A DNA stretch of 64,000 nt, from the NCBI GenBank assembly GCA_963575745.1, contig CAUYUJ010000105.1, positions 1 through 64,000 of the forward strand. Direction: 5' to 3'. Position 1 is the stretch's first letter, and each line of letters begins with the position of its first letter. The notes below the pieces were generated by a model that saw only the letters and a list, made by a program, of their open reading frames with translations, made no database searches and was not told the origin of the DNA. Shown piece after piece: positions 1-12,940 of the stretch. The translations under genes were made by a program, and so were the position numbers. Source of the DNA: Prorocentrum cordatum (taxonomy: Eukaryota).

Positions 1-632
1 ATGCTTCGTATTATCCGTATTATTACTCTTATTATTATTAGTCGTATTCTTATTATTCTTCTTCTTATTAGTATTATTATTCTTATCATTCGTATTTTAT
101 TCGTCTTATTCTTAATAGTATTCTTATTATTCTTAGTATTCCTATTCGTCTTATTTTTATTAGTCTTATCCTTCTTCTTATTATTATTAGTATTCTTCTT
201 ATTAGTATTCCTATTATTATTATTATTATTATGTTTCCTCCTCCTCCTCCTCCTCCTCCTTCTCCTCCTCCTCCTCCTCCGCCTCCTCCTCCTCCCCCTC
301 CTCCTCCGCTTCCTCCCTCCCTCCCCTCCTCCTCCTCCCCTCCTCCTCCTCCTCCTCCTCCGCATCCCTCACTCCTCCTCCTCCTCCTCCTCCGCCTCCG
401 CCGCCGCCTCGCCTCCGCCTCCGCTCCGCCTCCGCCTCCGCCTCCGCCTCCTCCTCCTCCTCCTCTCCTCCTCCTCCTCCTCCTCCTCCTCCTCCTCCTC
501 CTCCTCTTCCATCTTCCTCCTCCTTCCCCTCCTCCTCCTCCTTCGTCCTCCTCCTTCCTCCTCCTCCTCCTCCTCCTCCTCCTCCTCCTCCTCCTCCTCC
601 TCCTCCTCCTCCTCCTCCTCCTCCTCCTCCTC
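1..632. repeat. Low-complexity (TAT/TCT) then (CCT)n microsatellite
   Basis: Directly visible trinucleotide runs; overlapping ORFs are homopolymeric. Confidence 0.95.
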
Positions 633-855
633 GCTTTCGAAAGAGGCGGGACGCGCCCCGCCAAACGGCCGCACGCGCGCGCGACGTGGCCGCTCCTGCG
701 TGGCCGGCATGCCCAGCTGCGCGGGCGGCCCGCCGTCGACCTCGCAGGCCGGGAGGGGTCTGGGAGGGGCTCCTGTGCCAGGGGGGGGGGGCCACAGCGG
801 CGGTTGCCGTGGGGAGGAAGAGAGGGAGGAGGAGAAGGAGGAGGAGGAGGAGGAG

Positions 856-1515
856 CACTGTAAACCCAAGAGTCATCAACGATGCTGGAATTGCCCCTCC
901 CTAGAAGTTCCCTCTTCACAGGCTCCTACAACGGTTCATTCCCATTGAGGGAACTGCCTCGTTGGAAAACAACAAACAGTTTGAAGACCCTGAAGCATGC
1001 CAACAAATTGTTTTCGGGATTTCAACGCCACAAACCAACGTGACTGCTGCGTCTTGCCGATCCGGAATCGTGCCAGAACACCATGTTTGGATATTCGACA
1101 CGGCGAAGCAACGTAACTGCAGCACCCGCATAATCCAGAATCCTCCCCAAACACCGTTTCTGGTTCGTTGCACGGCGCTACAGCGAGAGCCACATGTTGA
1201 AAACCACCCGCCCTCAAGCCGCGAAGCTTTTCCAAATATTGAAAACCACCGCTCGAAACGCGGAGGCGAGAGCCACATTTGGAAAACCACCCGCCCTCAA
1301 TCCGCGAAGCTACTGAAAAGTTTGAAAACGAATGCTCGCGGCGCTGAGGCGAGAGCCACATCTTGAAAACCACCCGCCCTCCATGTGTGAAACTGCTGCC
1401 ACTTCTTAAGCTTCAGAATCATGAGTGGTGGGGAAGTCTCAGGCGAAACGCCTGGCCCGCCCTAACAACTTGCCTCGATGTGCGACAGGGAGGAGTTATC
1501 TATAAGGAAAAGGAA
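856..1515 (+). mobile_element. Dispersed non-coding repeat with internal 83-bp tandem units (copy 1)
   Basis: GAAAACCACCCGCCCTC recurs at 1199, 1282 and 1365. The whole block is colinear with the reverse complement of 34120-35000. Confidence 0.75.
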
Positions 1516-2439
1516 CTGAGGAGGAGGAGGAAGAGGAGGAGGAGGAGCCCCCAAGGGTGACCTAGATGCGTGGGCGGCGCATCGGGGCCCCTGGGGGAAC
1601 TGAAATCCGCCAAGACGTCGCTTGCGGCGCCGCGGCCCAGGGACGTTGGTGCCCTCGCGGGCCTGGGGCGGCCCCCCGACTCTGCATGGAGCGAGTGGGC
1701 GCATGCGGGGTCGGTCTGCCGCCTGAGGTCCCCCGGGGACCTGTGGTTCTGGGGCCGCGCGGGTAACCGCCCAGGGCTGGCACGGGCTGGTTCTCCAGTC
1801 TGCGTTGGCCTGCGTGGTACCAGCCTATGCGGGGGCTGGCTCTAGCCACAGTAGGGGCGCGCCCCTGACGTCGGGGTGTCGGGTGTGGCCAAGGGGGTCG
1901 ACTCTCGTTTAGGGTACGGTTCAAGACGTATACCGCCTGGCCCCCCTTGGGCAAGGGGGCCTGCGGGGGCGGGCCTGGTTACCTATGCACGGTAACACAC
2001 GCCGCGTGCCCCGCACGGTGACGCGGGGCAACCTGTGTCCAATGGCGCAAGAAGAACCAAGGAAGCATAAGAGCCGCCCGCCTTCGGCGTGCTGGTGAGC
2101 TCATAAAGCTCCACGCGGTGAGCCTGGCGCCTCTTTTTGTTTCTCTGCCCCTCTTTTTCCTTCCTTTCCACGGAGTCGCGGGGCGCGGGGTTCGCCCCAC
2201 CCCGCGGCGGCGGCGGGCGCGCAAGGCCTCGATTATGCGCGTTGCTTCTCGATTTCTGCGCGTTGATTCTCGATCTTCTCTCGTTTTGTTATCAGACCCT
2301 GGAACATCAAAAATGGGCCCACGGCGAAAAAACTGCACCCACGGGGGGGGGCACAGGGCGCGGAGGAGGACGAGGACGGCGAGGGAGGAGAGGGGAGGAG
2401 GTTCGAAATTCAGACTTGTATGATTTGAGGTCTTGGAGT

Positions 2440-3618
2440 GTGCGTGAGCGTTGCGTTGCGTCGCGGTGCGTTGCGGCGCGCGCGTGCGTGCGTGAATGCG
2501 CGCGCGCGTGCGCGCGCGCGGGGGGCGGCGGCGGGCCGGGCGGGAGGGCGTGCGGGCGGCAGGCTGGCGGGCGCAGGCCAGCACGCCGGCAAGCGGGCGG
2601 GCGGGCGGGCGGAACGGGCGGGCGGGCGGCTGGCGCGAAGGCGGCGTGCGGGCGTGCGCGCGAGCGCGCGCTGTGCGCACGCGTCGTGGCTAACCGCTCG
2701 CGTTCACTGCGTGTGTGCGTGCCCGCGCGCGTGCTGCGCGCGAGTGCGCGCGTGCGCTGCGTGTCGCGCGCAGCGCGCGGCAAGGCGCGCGCGGGGCGCG
2801 GCGCGAGGCGCGCGCGGCGCGCGTGCGCGCGCGCGCGTGCACGACGTGCGCGCTGAGTCGTGCGTGCGCACGCCGCGTGCGTGCATTGGCGCAGCGCGGC
2901 GTGCCGCGACGGGGCAGGCGCAAGGTCGTAGCGGGCGAGCGGGCGGGCGGCGGGCGGGCGGGCGGCGCTGGAGTTGCAGCATCGGACACAGAGTCCTTCG
3001 GTGCGCGAGTGCGCTTCGTGCATGCACGCGTGCGGCGCGCCGTGCTTGCGCGCGTTGTCCGTGCGGCGCGCGCGAGGGGCGGGCGGGCAAGCGCGCGTGC
3101 GTGCGCGCGCGCGGGCGCGGCGTGCGTGGCGCGGCGCGCGTGCGTGCGCGCGCGCGTGCGCGCGTGCGTGCGAGGCCGCGTGCGTAGCGGTAGCGGTTGC
3201 TGCAATGGGTGCGTGCGTTGCGCTCGTGCGTGCGCGCGTGCGTGCTGGGTTTTGGTGTGAATGCGTGCGTGCGTGCGTGCGTGCCGTGCGTGCGTGCGTG
3301 CGTGAGCTGGTGGGGTTGGGGGGCTGGGTGGGTGGGTGGAGTGGGTGGGTGCGTGGGTGTGTGGGTGTCTGGGTGTGTGGGTGCGTGGGTTTGTGCGCGC
3401 GTGCGTGCGTGCGCATGCGTGGGTGCGTGGGTGGGTGGGTGGGGGGGGGCTGGGGGGGTGTGAGGGCGCGCGGCTGTGCGGGTGCGCTGGCGCGTGCGTG
3501 CGCGGGGGCGGGTGCGCGTGTGTGTGCGCGTGTGTGTGTGTGTGTGGGAAGGGGGGGGGCGCGCGCGCGCGTGCGTGCGCGCGCGTGATCGCGCGTGCGC
3601 GCGTGCGTGCGCGCGCGG
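2440..3618. repeat. CpG-rich alternating purine-pyrimidine (GC/GT) low-complexity tract
   Basis: GCGCGC, GTGCGT and GGGC runs over about 1.2 kb. Confidence 0.9.
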
Positions 3619-5473
3619 GTTGCCCCTTAATGTGCCTTTGGGGGCTTCTCAAGGCCACTGCTGGATCCGCCTCGAAATTCCAATCAGAAACAGCCCGTGG
3701 ACGCGCCGGAGGGCGACGCGGGGCGGAAGTACGCGGAGAGGCCAAGGAAAAGGACGAGGAAGAGGAGGAGAAGGAGGCCGCGGAGGCGAAGGGCGCGAAG
3801 GAGAAGGAAGAAGGCGAGACGAACGTAGAGGATGTGGACGTGGACAAGGACAATACATGACACAAGCGCTTACGAGCAGTGGTCGCGGGTCTTGCCTGCG
3901 AGCTGGACGCTGGCGCTATCGCTTTGACATCGTCATGCACGCCGCAAAGGGGGCAACAGCTGCGCGCATCGCCCAGCGGCCTACCAGCGGAATTGCCAGG
4001 GGACGCCTCTGGCGCAAAGACGGACGACACGCGGGGGAGGAGGAAGAGGACGAGCAGGAGGAGGAGGGCGCGAAGCAGGAGGCGGAGGACGTGGACGAGG
4101 AGAGAGCCGCCACCAATGGGGATTCTGTCCGATGACCCAGCCGCTGGCGAAGAGCCTCCTAGTCATGGAGCTCCTTCGGGCACATGCCCTTGAGCGCGCC
4201 CTCACGCAACGCCGAGGTTCCCCGACCATCTGCTGGGCTCGGGTAGGCTGGGCATGAACTGGATAATCGACTACAGCCAAAATGCTGTTCTCGTCAAGTC
4301 AATGAATGGACTGGACGCGAAAATTTCGAGTGAATCACTTCTGCAGTCGACCCCCTAGTCGAGGAGGCGGAGGCGGAGGAGGAGGAGAACGGGGAGGAGG
4401 AGGAGGAGGAGGAGGAGGAGGAGGAGGAGGAGGAGGAGGAGGAGGAGGAGGAGGAGGAGAAGCGAGCGCCCCCAACCGGACTCTCCCTCCAGGCTAGGCG
4501 GCTAGGCCGCCTGCCGCACCGAGCCCCTCAGGCACGCGGCGGCGTCGTCCAGGCGGATATCGGGGGAGCCGAAGTAATCGTCATAGCCAACGCAATCGTC
4601 AAACTTGTCGCGATTGCAGGACCTGCCCGCGCGAGCAGGCAGAGCGGCACGAGACCGCGCCGACGGCGTCGAATAGCAGGACAGAGCGGAGGAAGGCGAC
4701 CTCGTGGAAGGCGCCACCGCAGAAGATGACGGCCGAGGCGAGGTTGATGGCACCGTAGGAGAGGGCGAAATAGTCGCAGCAGACTGCGAAGCTGAAGAGT
4801 CGGAATTGTCATTGATCGCTGACTCGCCGAGGATGCCCATCATCACTGCCTCGGCGTGGGCGCCAACGAGGAAAGACGGCAACGCAACGTCGCGGCAGTC
4901 GGCCAGCGCGCGGGAGCCACGCCCCATAGACACAGCACGCACCAGGAATTCTTGCGGCGCTGGCTTTGACCCAGAGGACGTCTGGCGCCAGCGGCACTCC
5001 GAAGTAATCCCAGTAGTAAAAACGCGCGAGGTCTCGCGGGGCAGGCAGTCTTTGAGCTCCAAGATCGAGTCCATCACAGCCGCCCAGCGACACTGAGGGC
5101 TGAGCTCGGCAGAAGCGGCGCAGGCTTGCACCTCCGAGAGGTCACCCCGAAGCAGCGCGCGGGCTCGCACCAGCCTCGCCAGCGCCTGCCCATCAGGAGG
5201 GACCGGAAGGCCAGGACGCGCAGCACGTGGAGCGAGAGGATCATCGGGACGGCAACGGCGATCCGCGCGTCCAAGAAGGGCACCAGGTGGGACACGACGG
5301 GAGACTGAGGCATTGTGACGGCGCGCAGCCTTGGCCCTGGCCCGAGCCCGCGCTCGCTCGGAGGTGATGGGTTGGGAAGATCGCGGGGCCTCGTCCAAAA
5401 GGGCGTCGGGAAGGGCGCCGAACAGGGCGCGGGGTGGGGCGGCGGGTAGGACAACACAAGCCGCACCTCCACC

Positions 5474-6018
5474 GTGAACACCCCCGCGACGAGCGGAACC
5501 CTCGTGAGGCAGCGTGGCAAGGCGGGCGCGAAGATCCACGCCATATTCAGGAACGAGAGCAGCGTCGCACTCTGGAGGTGCACGGAGTGCTCCACCACAG
5601 GGCCCGCGAGCACGGACACGAGTGCACGGGGGCAAATAACACGAAGAGCGAGTCCAAGCACTCGTCGTAGCAGCGCGCCACCGGGAGGACCAAACACGCC
5701 GGTACCCCACGACCTTCCCGAAAGAGGTAGTTGCGCCTTGAAACACCACCATGAACACCCCCGCGACGAGCGGAACCCTCGTGAGGCAGCGTGGCAAGGC
5801 GGGCGCGAAGATCCACGTCATATTCAGGAACGAGAGCAGCGTCGCACTCTGGAGGTGCCCGGAGTGCTCCACCACAGGGCCCGCGAGCACGGACACGAGT
5901 GCACGGGGGCAAATAACACGAAGAGCGAATCCAAGCACTCGTCGTAGCAGCGCGCCACCGGGAGGACCGAACACGACGGTGCCCCACGACCTTCCCGAAA
6001 GAGGTAGTTGCGCCTTGA
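5474..6018. repeat. Near-identical 277-bp tandem duplication inside the retrocopy
   Basis: TGAACACCCCCGCGACGAGCGG... units start at 5474 and 5751. The period is not a multiple of 3, so the frame shifts. Confidence 0.95.
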
Positions 6019-7709
6019 GACATGTTCTGCACCAGGCTAGTGCCAGCACCGGCGCAGACCTGGGCATTGCGGGCAGGAGGAATAAGAGCACAATCGACAG
6101 CCCAATCCACAGCAAGGTCCCGATGCAGAAAACCGTATCCAGCAAGGAGCTCTGCGTCTTCAGTTTCACAGTCGTATTGAGGAGAACGGGGATCCCGAGC
6201 GAGACAGTCACCACCGTCGCCCATGCTAGAATCGGAAGCGCCGTCAGGGACGGCATCGACACAGCCAGAAACACGAACACCTGGAAGCAGAAGATGACCG
6301 CCACAAGCAGCGGCGACCGCATCAGCACGAACCTGCCCACGCAGAACGGCTTCATTTGAAGCTGCGTCAGCAGCAGGACGGTCCCCACGATGAGCGCAAA
6401 GAGCGTCTTGCGGTCCAGCTTGAATGAGTACCCCGTCAGCGCCGCGACGGTCGCCGCCAGCGACCACAGGCCCTTCATCGACGCGAGGCGAGCCACAGGC
6501 AGCAAGTGGAGCTGGGGGAGCGTCGTCACCCTCAAGAAGAGGGTCCACACGAGCACCGTGCCGTACCTGGAAAAGCAGGCAAGGCACCGCCAGGCGGAGC
6601 ACCATCGTGAGAAGGCAGTTCACCAGGCAATTCACGGGCAGCTTTCGCTTCAAACACGCAGAACTTGGACTCGAAGTCCAGGCCAGGCACGAAAGACGCA
6701 GAGAAATCGTGGCTCAGGTGGTGGGGCTCTTCCTGCCAGGACTCCTGCGCGACGACGGGATACTAGACGAGGTGTGTAGACAGCACGTAGAGGAGCACGT
6801 CCAGCGCGTACGAAATCTGAGACATGTATGGGATGAGAAAGGCCGTCGGGCGCGTGATCTCGTCAGTCCGCGCCGCGCTGTCAAACGTGAGCACTGTGCA
6901 AACGACAGCGCACCACTCTCCCGTTCCAGGTGGGGGACGGTCAGACAGCTCGCCACCCACGGCGAGAGCACTAGGGCAACGAGCGTCGTCGACAGGAGCA
7001 TCAGCCCAGCGGGTGGCGAAAAACAGCACGACGGTCTCGACAGTCAGCACGTGCGGAAGCTCCCGCAGGGTCCCGTCTTTCAGCGCGATCCTGATGTCTG
7101 TCGGGGGCCAGAACGCCAGCACGGTCCCGACCTTCAGCTAGGTCCCGATGTCCAGCATGGTCACGGCTATCAGGCGGTCCTGCAGGAGACGTCAGCGAGC
7201 AGTGTAGATGCTTGGCGCTGTCAGCGCATTCCAGAGTTGTTCGAGCTCGAGCATGGTCATCCACAGAGTGTTCAACACGTCGGAGGGCACGGTGAGCAGC
7301 CACCTCACCAGAGGAAAACGGGCGGACACCCACACGCAGGCCAGAGGCATCCAGTGGGCGATGGAGCGCTTTGCCTCGCGTCATCCTTTTGGTGTCGTCA
7401 CGGTCGATGGTGTCACCCTCCACGAAGGTGCGGTTGGACGCGCTGTACGAGGTGAAGTAGTCGAGGTCCCGCTCGCGGCGGCAGGCTTGGGCGCCACACA
7501 AATGCGTCCCAGCAGCAACAGCGGCCATCCAGGAGCGGCAGCGCGGCATCTCCACAGCAGCAGATCCATCCCACTCGAAGATGGAGACACGCGACGACAA
7601 GCGCGAAGACCAGGAACGTCGCGGCGGCGCCATGCCAAGCAGTCCCGCACGGCGGCGGCTGTCCGAGCACATGCAGGGACCCGCGGCGACGCGGCGCGGT
7701 CCTGAAACT

Positions 7710-7731
7710 CTGGCGCCAAAACGGCTACGGA
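7710..7731 (-). other. Relic dinoflagellate spliced leader (DinoSL)
   Basis: Minus strand TCCGTAGCCGTTTTGGCGCCAG versus DinoSL DCCGTAGCCATTTTGGCTCAAG: 19/22 match. Confidence 0.85.
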
Positions 7732-7844
7732 GGAGGAGGACGACGACGAGGAGGAGGAGAAGATGAAGGCCCCTGGAGGCCCGCGCGTGGGAGGGTGGCC
7801 GCTGAGGGCCTCGCCCCATCCTCGCGCAACACCCCGCGTGCCCA

Positions 7845-7862
7845 AGACGGCGACGGCAGCGG

Positions 7863-7894
<32 letters not shown>

Positions 7895-8323
7895 ACGCCG
7901 GCCACGGCGGCGGCAACGCCGGCCACGGCTGCGGCGGCAGCGGCGGCGACGACCACGGCGACAACGATCACTTCGACGACGCCGACGACGAAGGCGAAGG
8001 CGGCGACGGCGGCAGTAACGGCGGCGGCGGCGACGACAACGGCGGCGTCGGCGGCGGCGGCGGCGACGGCGGCGGCAACGATGACGCTGCAGAGACGCCC
8101 AGGCCTCGGCGCGCGGTCTGCCGCACGAGTTGCCGTTGCAGTTCGTGCGCGTGGGGAAATTCTGCGCGCGACGACGACCGACGACCGACGACCGACGCAT
8201 GACGACCGACGACCGACGACCGACAACCGACGACCGACGACCGACGACCGACGACCGACGACCGACGACGACGACCGACGACCGACGACGGACGATGTCG
8301 ACCGACGACGGACGACGGACGAC

Positions 8324-8371
<48 letters not shown>

Positions 8372-8441
8372 ACTACGGACTACGGCGATGACGACGACGA
8401 AAACGACGACGACGACGTACAGACGACGACGGACCACGACA

Positions 8442-8480
<39 letters not shown>
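7845..8480. repeat. (GGC)n, (ACCG/ACG)n and (ACG)n simple repeats
   Basis: Directly visible. Confidence 0.9.
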
Positions 8481-8481
<1 letters not shown>

Positions 8482-8561
8482 CCGATCGAGCACAGTCGAG
8501 ACAGGGCCACGAAGCCGCTCCGCCGAATGCCAGAGTCCTCATATGGATGCCCCAAAACGAA

Positions 8562-9670
8562 CATGGGACGCACAAAAAACACACTAGTATACGTCCTCCT
8601 TGGAGGCGCGCGTCCGACGCGAACATCTGATAAAACCACTGTAGTAGATCGTTTCCCGAACGGTACGGCCAGAGAGCGCCCGCCACGGAGCTTATACTCT
8701 AAGATTTCTCGGTGCGCGCGTCGCCCCAGGGGGACACACACACACATAAGACCAGCGCGTTGAAGCGACGCCGAGAACAAGATTCCGGGGAGGAGGGCCC
8801 AAGCACGAAGAGCATCAGGGAGTACCCCTCCATGGCTCGGGCTGTTCGTGCACCCTCGGGCCAAATGTGGCCTGCCTCAGGGGGCTGAGGGAAACGTCGC
8901 CGATAGACCCGCGACAGCGAAGAGACATACTAGTACTATGTGTTCTCCTTGGAGGCGAGCGTCAGACCGGAAAATATAGTATGCCCATCTTATATTTCAT
9001 CGTTTCCCGAGCGGTGTGGCCAGAAAGCGCCCGCCGCGACACATATACTAGAAGATGTCTCGGTGCGCGCGTCGCCCCTGGGGTGGCGACGCGCATGTAG
9101 TATAAGTAGATTGCGGTGACGCCGAGGGAAGGGGAGGGAAAGAGAGGAGAAGGAGATCGCCGGAGTCGCGCGCGACTCCGCGAGGGAGCCCGCCCGCGCC
9201 CGCCAGGGCGGGGCGTGGAGGCCGTGGCCTCGCAAATGTGATACGTGAGCAGACTCGCGGGGAAGCCGCCACGCCCTGCTCCCCTCCGCCGATGACCGTC
9301 GTGGGTCGTTCGTGTTATGCTCCTCCTCCTCCTCCCACCTCTCCTCCTCCTCCTCCTCCTCCTCCTCCTCCTCCTCCTCCTCCTCCTCCTCTTCCTCCTC
9401 CCCCTCTTCTCTACATCGAGCCCAACTGCTCCCCTCCGGCGATAACCATCGTATGGGACGCACAGGGACACACTAGTACTATATGTCATCCTTGGAGGCG
9501 CGCGTGCGACCCGAACATATAGTATACCCATCTTGTAGTACATCGTTTCCCGAGCGGCGTGGCCAGAAAGCACCCGCCACGGCGCATATACTATAGGGTT
9601 TCTTGGTGCGCGCATCGTCCCTGGGGGGGCGACGCACACATAGTATAAGTATGTTGGGTTGGCGCCGATC
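8562..9670 (+). mobile_element. Three copies of a ~200-bp SINE/MITE-like dispersed repeat (about 8562-8750, 8924-9125, 9452-9670)
   Basis: Shared core CCTTGGAGGCG(C/A)GCGT...CATCGTTTCCCGAGCGG...GGTGCGCGCGTCGCCCC...GACGCACACATAGTATAAG. A fourth copy is at about 51287-51510. Confidence 0.8.
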
Positions 9671-10118
9671 GCAGGTCATTTGTACTATGTTGCTCGTGTT
9701 AGGTTGTTCCCATCGTACTTGAGGACCGCATCCCAGAAAAAACTATCGAACACCTGGAAAAGTGTCGAAACAGTGTCGGACGAGTGTCTCCCAAGGCCCG
9801 ACACTTGAAAACCCTTGAGTTTCGGTACTTTTGGTGCTCGACATTCTTTCTGGTGATCAAGGCTAAAGTAGGTTGGATCAGCATAATGCTCGTGCCGTCT
9901 CGGCGTGGTTGCTGCCCAGATCTGGTCCCGCTCGGCGTCGGCGTCGCAGCATTGCCCGCCCAGGCTGTGTAGATATTTCCGGGCGTCGCCTTCCCATCAT
10001 TTTTGGTTGCCCTCGATGCTGCCGGCGTCCTCGCTGGTGGCGCCCTTGCTGTCGCTGAGGAAAGGAAAGGGAAGGGGAGGGGAAGGGACGGGAAGGAGGA
10101 GGAAGGGCCATATCTCGC

Positions 10119-11541
10119 TACCATGCGGCTCCCCACCACCACCGCGGAGCTCGACGACCTCATCGACAAGATTGATATCCCGCCGTGGCTCAGACCAGTC
10201 CTGACGCAAAACTTGCAGTGTCCAGAAGATACCATGCAAAAAATCGACGACCACCACCTTTGCGGGATGATCTCGGACCACCATACATCCAACTGGATGA
10301 CAGCTCGATAAGCTACTCACTATCAGGTGCCAACCACGGGAACCCGACCTGGAGTACCCTTCTCCGGCATCACCTTCAACATGCATTTCGCTTTGCTCTT
10401 GAACGCGATCGACAAGGACGCCAACGCCCAGCAGGACAACCACGACGGCCATCCTTTTCCTCCTTGCCCTAACCCTGTGTTCGCCCAATAGCAACACGAC
10501 GGAGACACACTAAGGCACCTATCATACGTCGACGACCTCACCGGAGTCATATCTACAGCCGACGCTACAGACCTGGCCGAGGCAACTACTGCCGTGGCCA
10601 CCAACCTTTGCCAGACCGCCCTTTCCTTCGGTCTCAAGCCGCACCCCGACAAGACAAGGGTCATTCTCAACTTTTACGGCACCAACGCAAGGAAGGAAAG
10701 GCAGCGAATGGCAACAGACCGTACCGTATCAGTACCCTTGACCTTCCCGACATCAACTTCAAGCTGAAGATCACCGACCAGCAGAAGGCCCTGGGCACGA
10801 ACGATCATCACGACTGGAGCAGCAATGGGACCCGAGACCAGACTTCGGGCCAACCGATCCGCTACAACGACTACAGCCCTGGAGCGGCAAATCTTACGAA
10901 GAAAAGGACTCCCAGCCAAAGCTAAGATCAAGTATGTACACGCCCTGTCTACCTCTGCCCTCACATTCAACCACCACATTTGGAACGACTTGACGAACAA
11001 GGACACGAAATTCATGGAGGTTAAGTATGCAGGGCCATACCGTGTCGCCATGGGCCTACCGAAGACCAACTCCCCCAGCGTCCACATCACAGCGAAGGAA
11101 GTCATTGCAGCTACTGGAGTCCCAGACTTCTCAACCCATCAGTCAATCGCACGACTCAAATATTTACCTCGCCTACTCAACAACGCACCACGAGTCCTGC
11201 TACGGCTACTTGACAATATCGCTACCGTCAAACGAGGATGGGTGCAGTTGCTCAAGAATGACTTCAATTTTCTCCGAACATACCTCAGACCTGGGCGATG
11301 GAATGCCGCAGGCCAAGACGACCACCACATCATCGAGTGGGCAAGGCGGAAACCGAAGGAGTGCAACTCGGCCGTGGGCACAGCCACCAACGCCTTCCTA
11401 AGATACGCATGCGAAGATGCTAAGACATATAGAACAAGTCGCGACATTGGATACGCCCAGCAAGTTCCTGCGAACGGCCGCCCAGTTACAGACACACCGA
11501 CCACAGAGTACATTTGTTACATATGCGGCTACAACCACTAA
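10119..11541 (+). pseudogene. LINE ORF2 reverse transcriptase and post-RT region (disrupted)
   Basis: YVDD; FGLKPHPDKTRVIL; QKALGT; MGPETRLR...ARLKYLPRLL. Two stops and compensating frameshifts. Confidence 0.9.
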
Positions 11542-12445
11542 GCAGGGGATGGCCGTACACATGGGAAGAGACCACAAGCACCATGACGACCCCCGACACT
11601 GGGCTACAAGCACTGCATGCCGAGGCTGCCAAACGGAATTCCACTCTTACCCACGACTCGTCAGGCATTTAAAGGCATCAAGGCAACGCTCGGTATCCTG
11701 GTACGCATGGCACACAATCTACGGCACGCCCTTGTCCGACCAGCAAGTCGCCTTCAACAACGACCACCACAAGGAAGTTACAACAAAGAACCGACGTGAC
11801 GGACGACCCGAAGCATACGGAGCACAACCAGCACACAGATGCGATATCACGCCACGTCCCATTCTCGAGACATCCCCACAGCAACCAAAGGTCTACGCCC
11901 CATTTCGCACCAGACAGCCTACGCCGCACCCCCATATCCCAAACGCGTCAGCACGGCAAGCTATTGTTTGCATAGCTGACGGCTCTGTGACGCACAACGA
12001 CATCTTCCAACATATGGCCACTCAGAGCGTCTACAGCTTGCGCGTGACTGACTACATCCACATCAGCCTACACCTGGGACGCGACTCAACAACGACGAAA
12101 AGGCGAATCAACCAACTAAAGGCGAACATGAAGGAGGGCATCATCGCAGGTATCTACGCGCATATTCCTACAGCCACGTGGTTCGTCGAAGACGGTGACT
12201 ACGACGGGCGGAAGATAGCATCCAACCGAACCTCACGCTACATATGGGGAGTACCAAGCATGGGCCAAAAAGAATACGACACCATCTCGGCCATGAACGA
12301 CGACCTCAGAGACATCATCGAGATCTCCAGCATCTCGCAGAATCTCCAGATCCCCATGATCGTCGCCCATCCAGAGGAAGAGCCCACCAACCCGCACGGC
12401 ATCACCGCGTGGAAGATACCTCAGTTGCAGCATTTGGAACGCTAA
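11515..12445 (+). pseudogene. LINE ORF2 C-terminus: two C2H2-type fingers and a divergent C5-cytosine methyltransferase-like domain
   Basis: Fingers: CYICG..(frameshift)..MAVHMGRDH and CRGCQTEFHSYPRLVRHL. Then GIIAGIYAHIPTATW, RTSRYIWGVP, N, IVAHPEE and AWKIP, in the order and spacing recalled for dinoflagellate LINE-borne DNMTs (GPPCETW, R..WGLP, N, LEHP, SIW.LP). Confidence 0.65.
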
Positions 12446-12659
12446 CCGACATCCAGAAGTACCACCACCACAAGCCCCAATCGTATTCGTATGAAGATTA
12501 TGGCAACGAACCATGGCCTGGACGATCACGGCGAACACCGCGACATGGTCCCATTCATCTCGCACTACATGGACAGGATGATGATAGCCCGGTGGGGGAT
12601 GTCCTCGACACCGACGTGGACATCAACACCAGCTTGGACGGCGTCCACTACAATCACGG

Positions 12660-12734
12660 GCAGCAACAACACCATCATGGACATCAACACCCGCTTGGAC
12701 GGCATCACGGACAACAACACCACCATCATGGACG

Positions 12735-12809
<75 letters not shown>

Positions 12810-12940
12810 TCATGGACAACAACACCATCTCGGACATCAACACCATCATGGACAGCAACACCATCACGGACAACAACACCATCATGGACCGCAACAACAC
12901 CATCATGGACAGCAACAACACCATCATGAACAACAAAACC
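12660..12940 (+). repeat. (AAC)n microsatellite and ATGGAC(A/C)(A/G)CAACACCATC 18-21-bp minisatellite inside the LINE 3' region
   Basis: Directly visible. Confidence 0.9.

Larger units (their letters stand above)
4460..7731 (-). pseudogene. SL-headed intronless retrocopy of a multipass membrane protein (possibly SulP/SLC26-like transporter), decayed
   Basis: DinoSL relic at the 5' end (7710-7731). Many hydrophobic segments in ORFs 4502..6556 and 5074..5697 (e.g. LLVAVIFCFQVFVFLAVS, IFAPALPRCLTRVPLVAGVF). In-frame stops, frameshifts and a 277-bp duplication. The family guess is a weak resemblance only. Confidence 0.5.

Noticed and set aside
2137..4135. Arg/Ala/Cys-rich ORFs
   Set aside because: They derive from GC/GT dinucleotide low complexity and show no domain signal.
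4960..5070. GIY-YIG-like motif RVFTTGITSECRWR in ORF 4502..6556
   Set aside because: Too short, lacks supporting downstream motifs, and lies in a frameshifted pseudogene.
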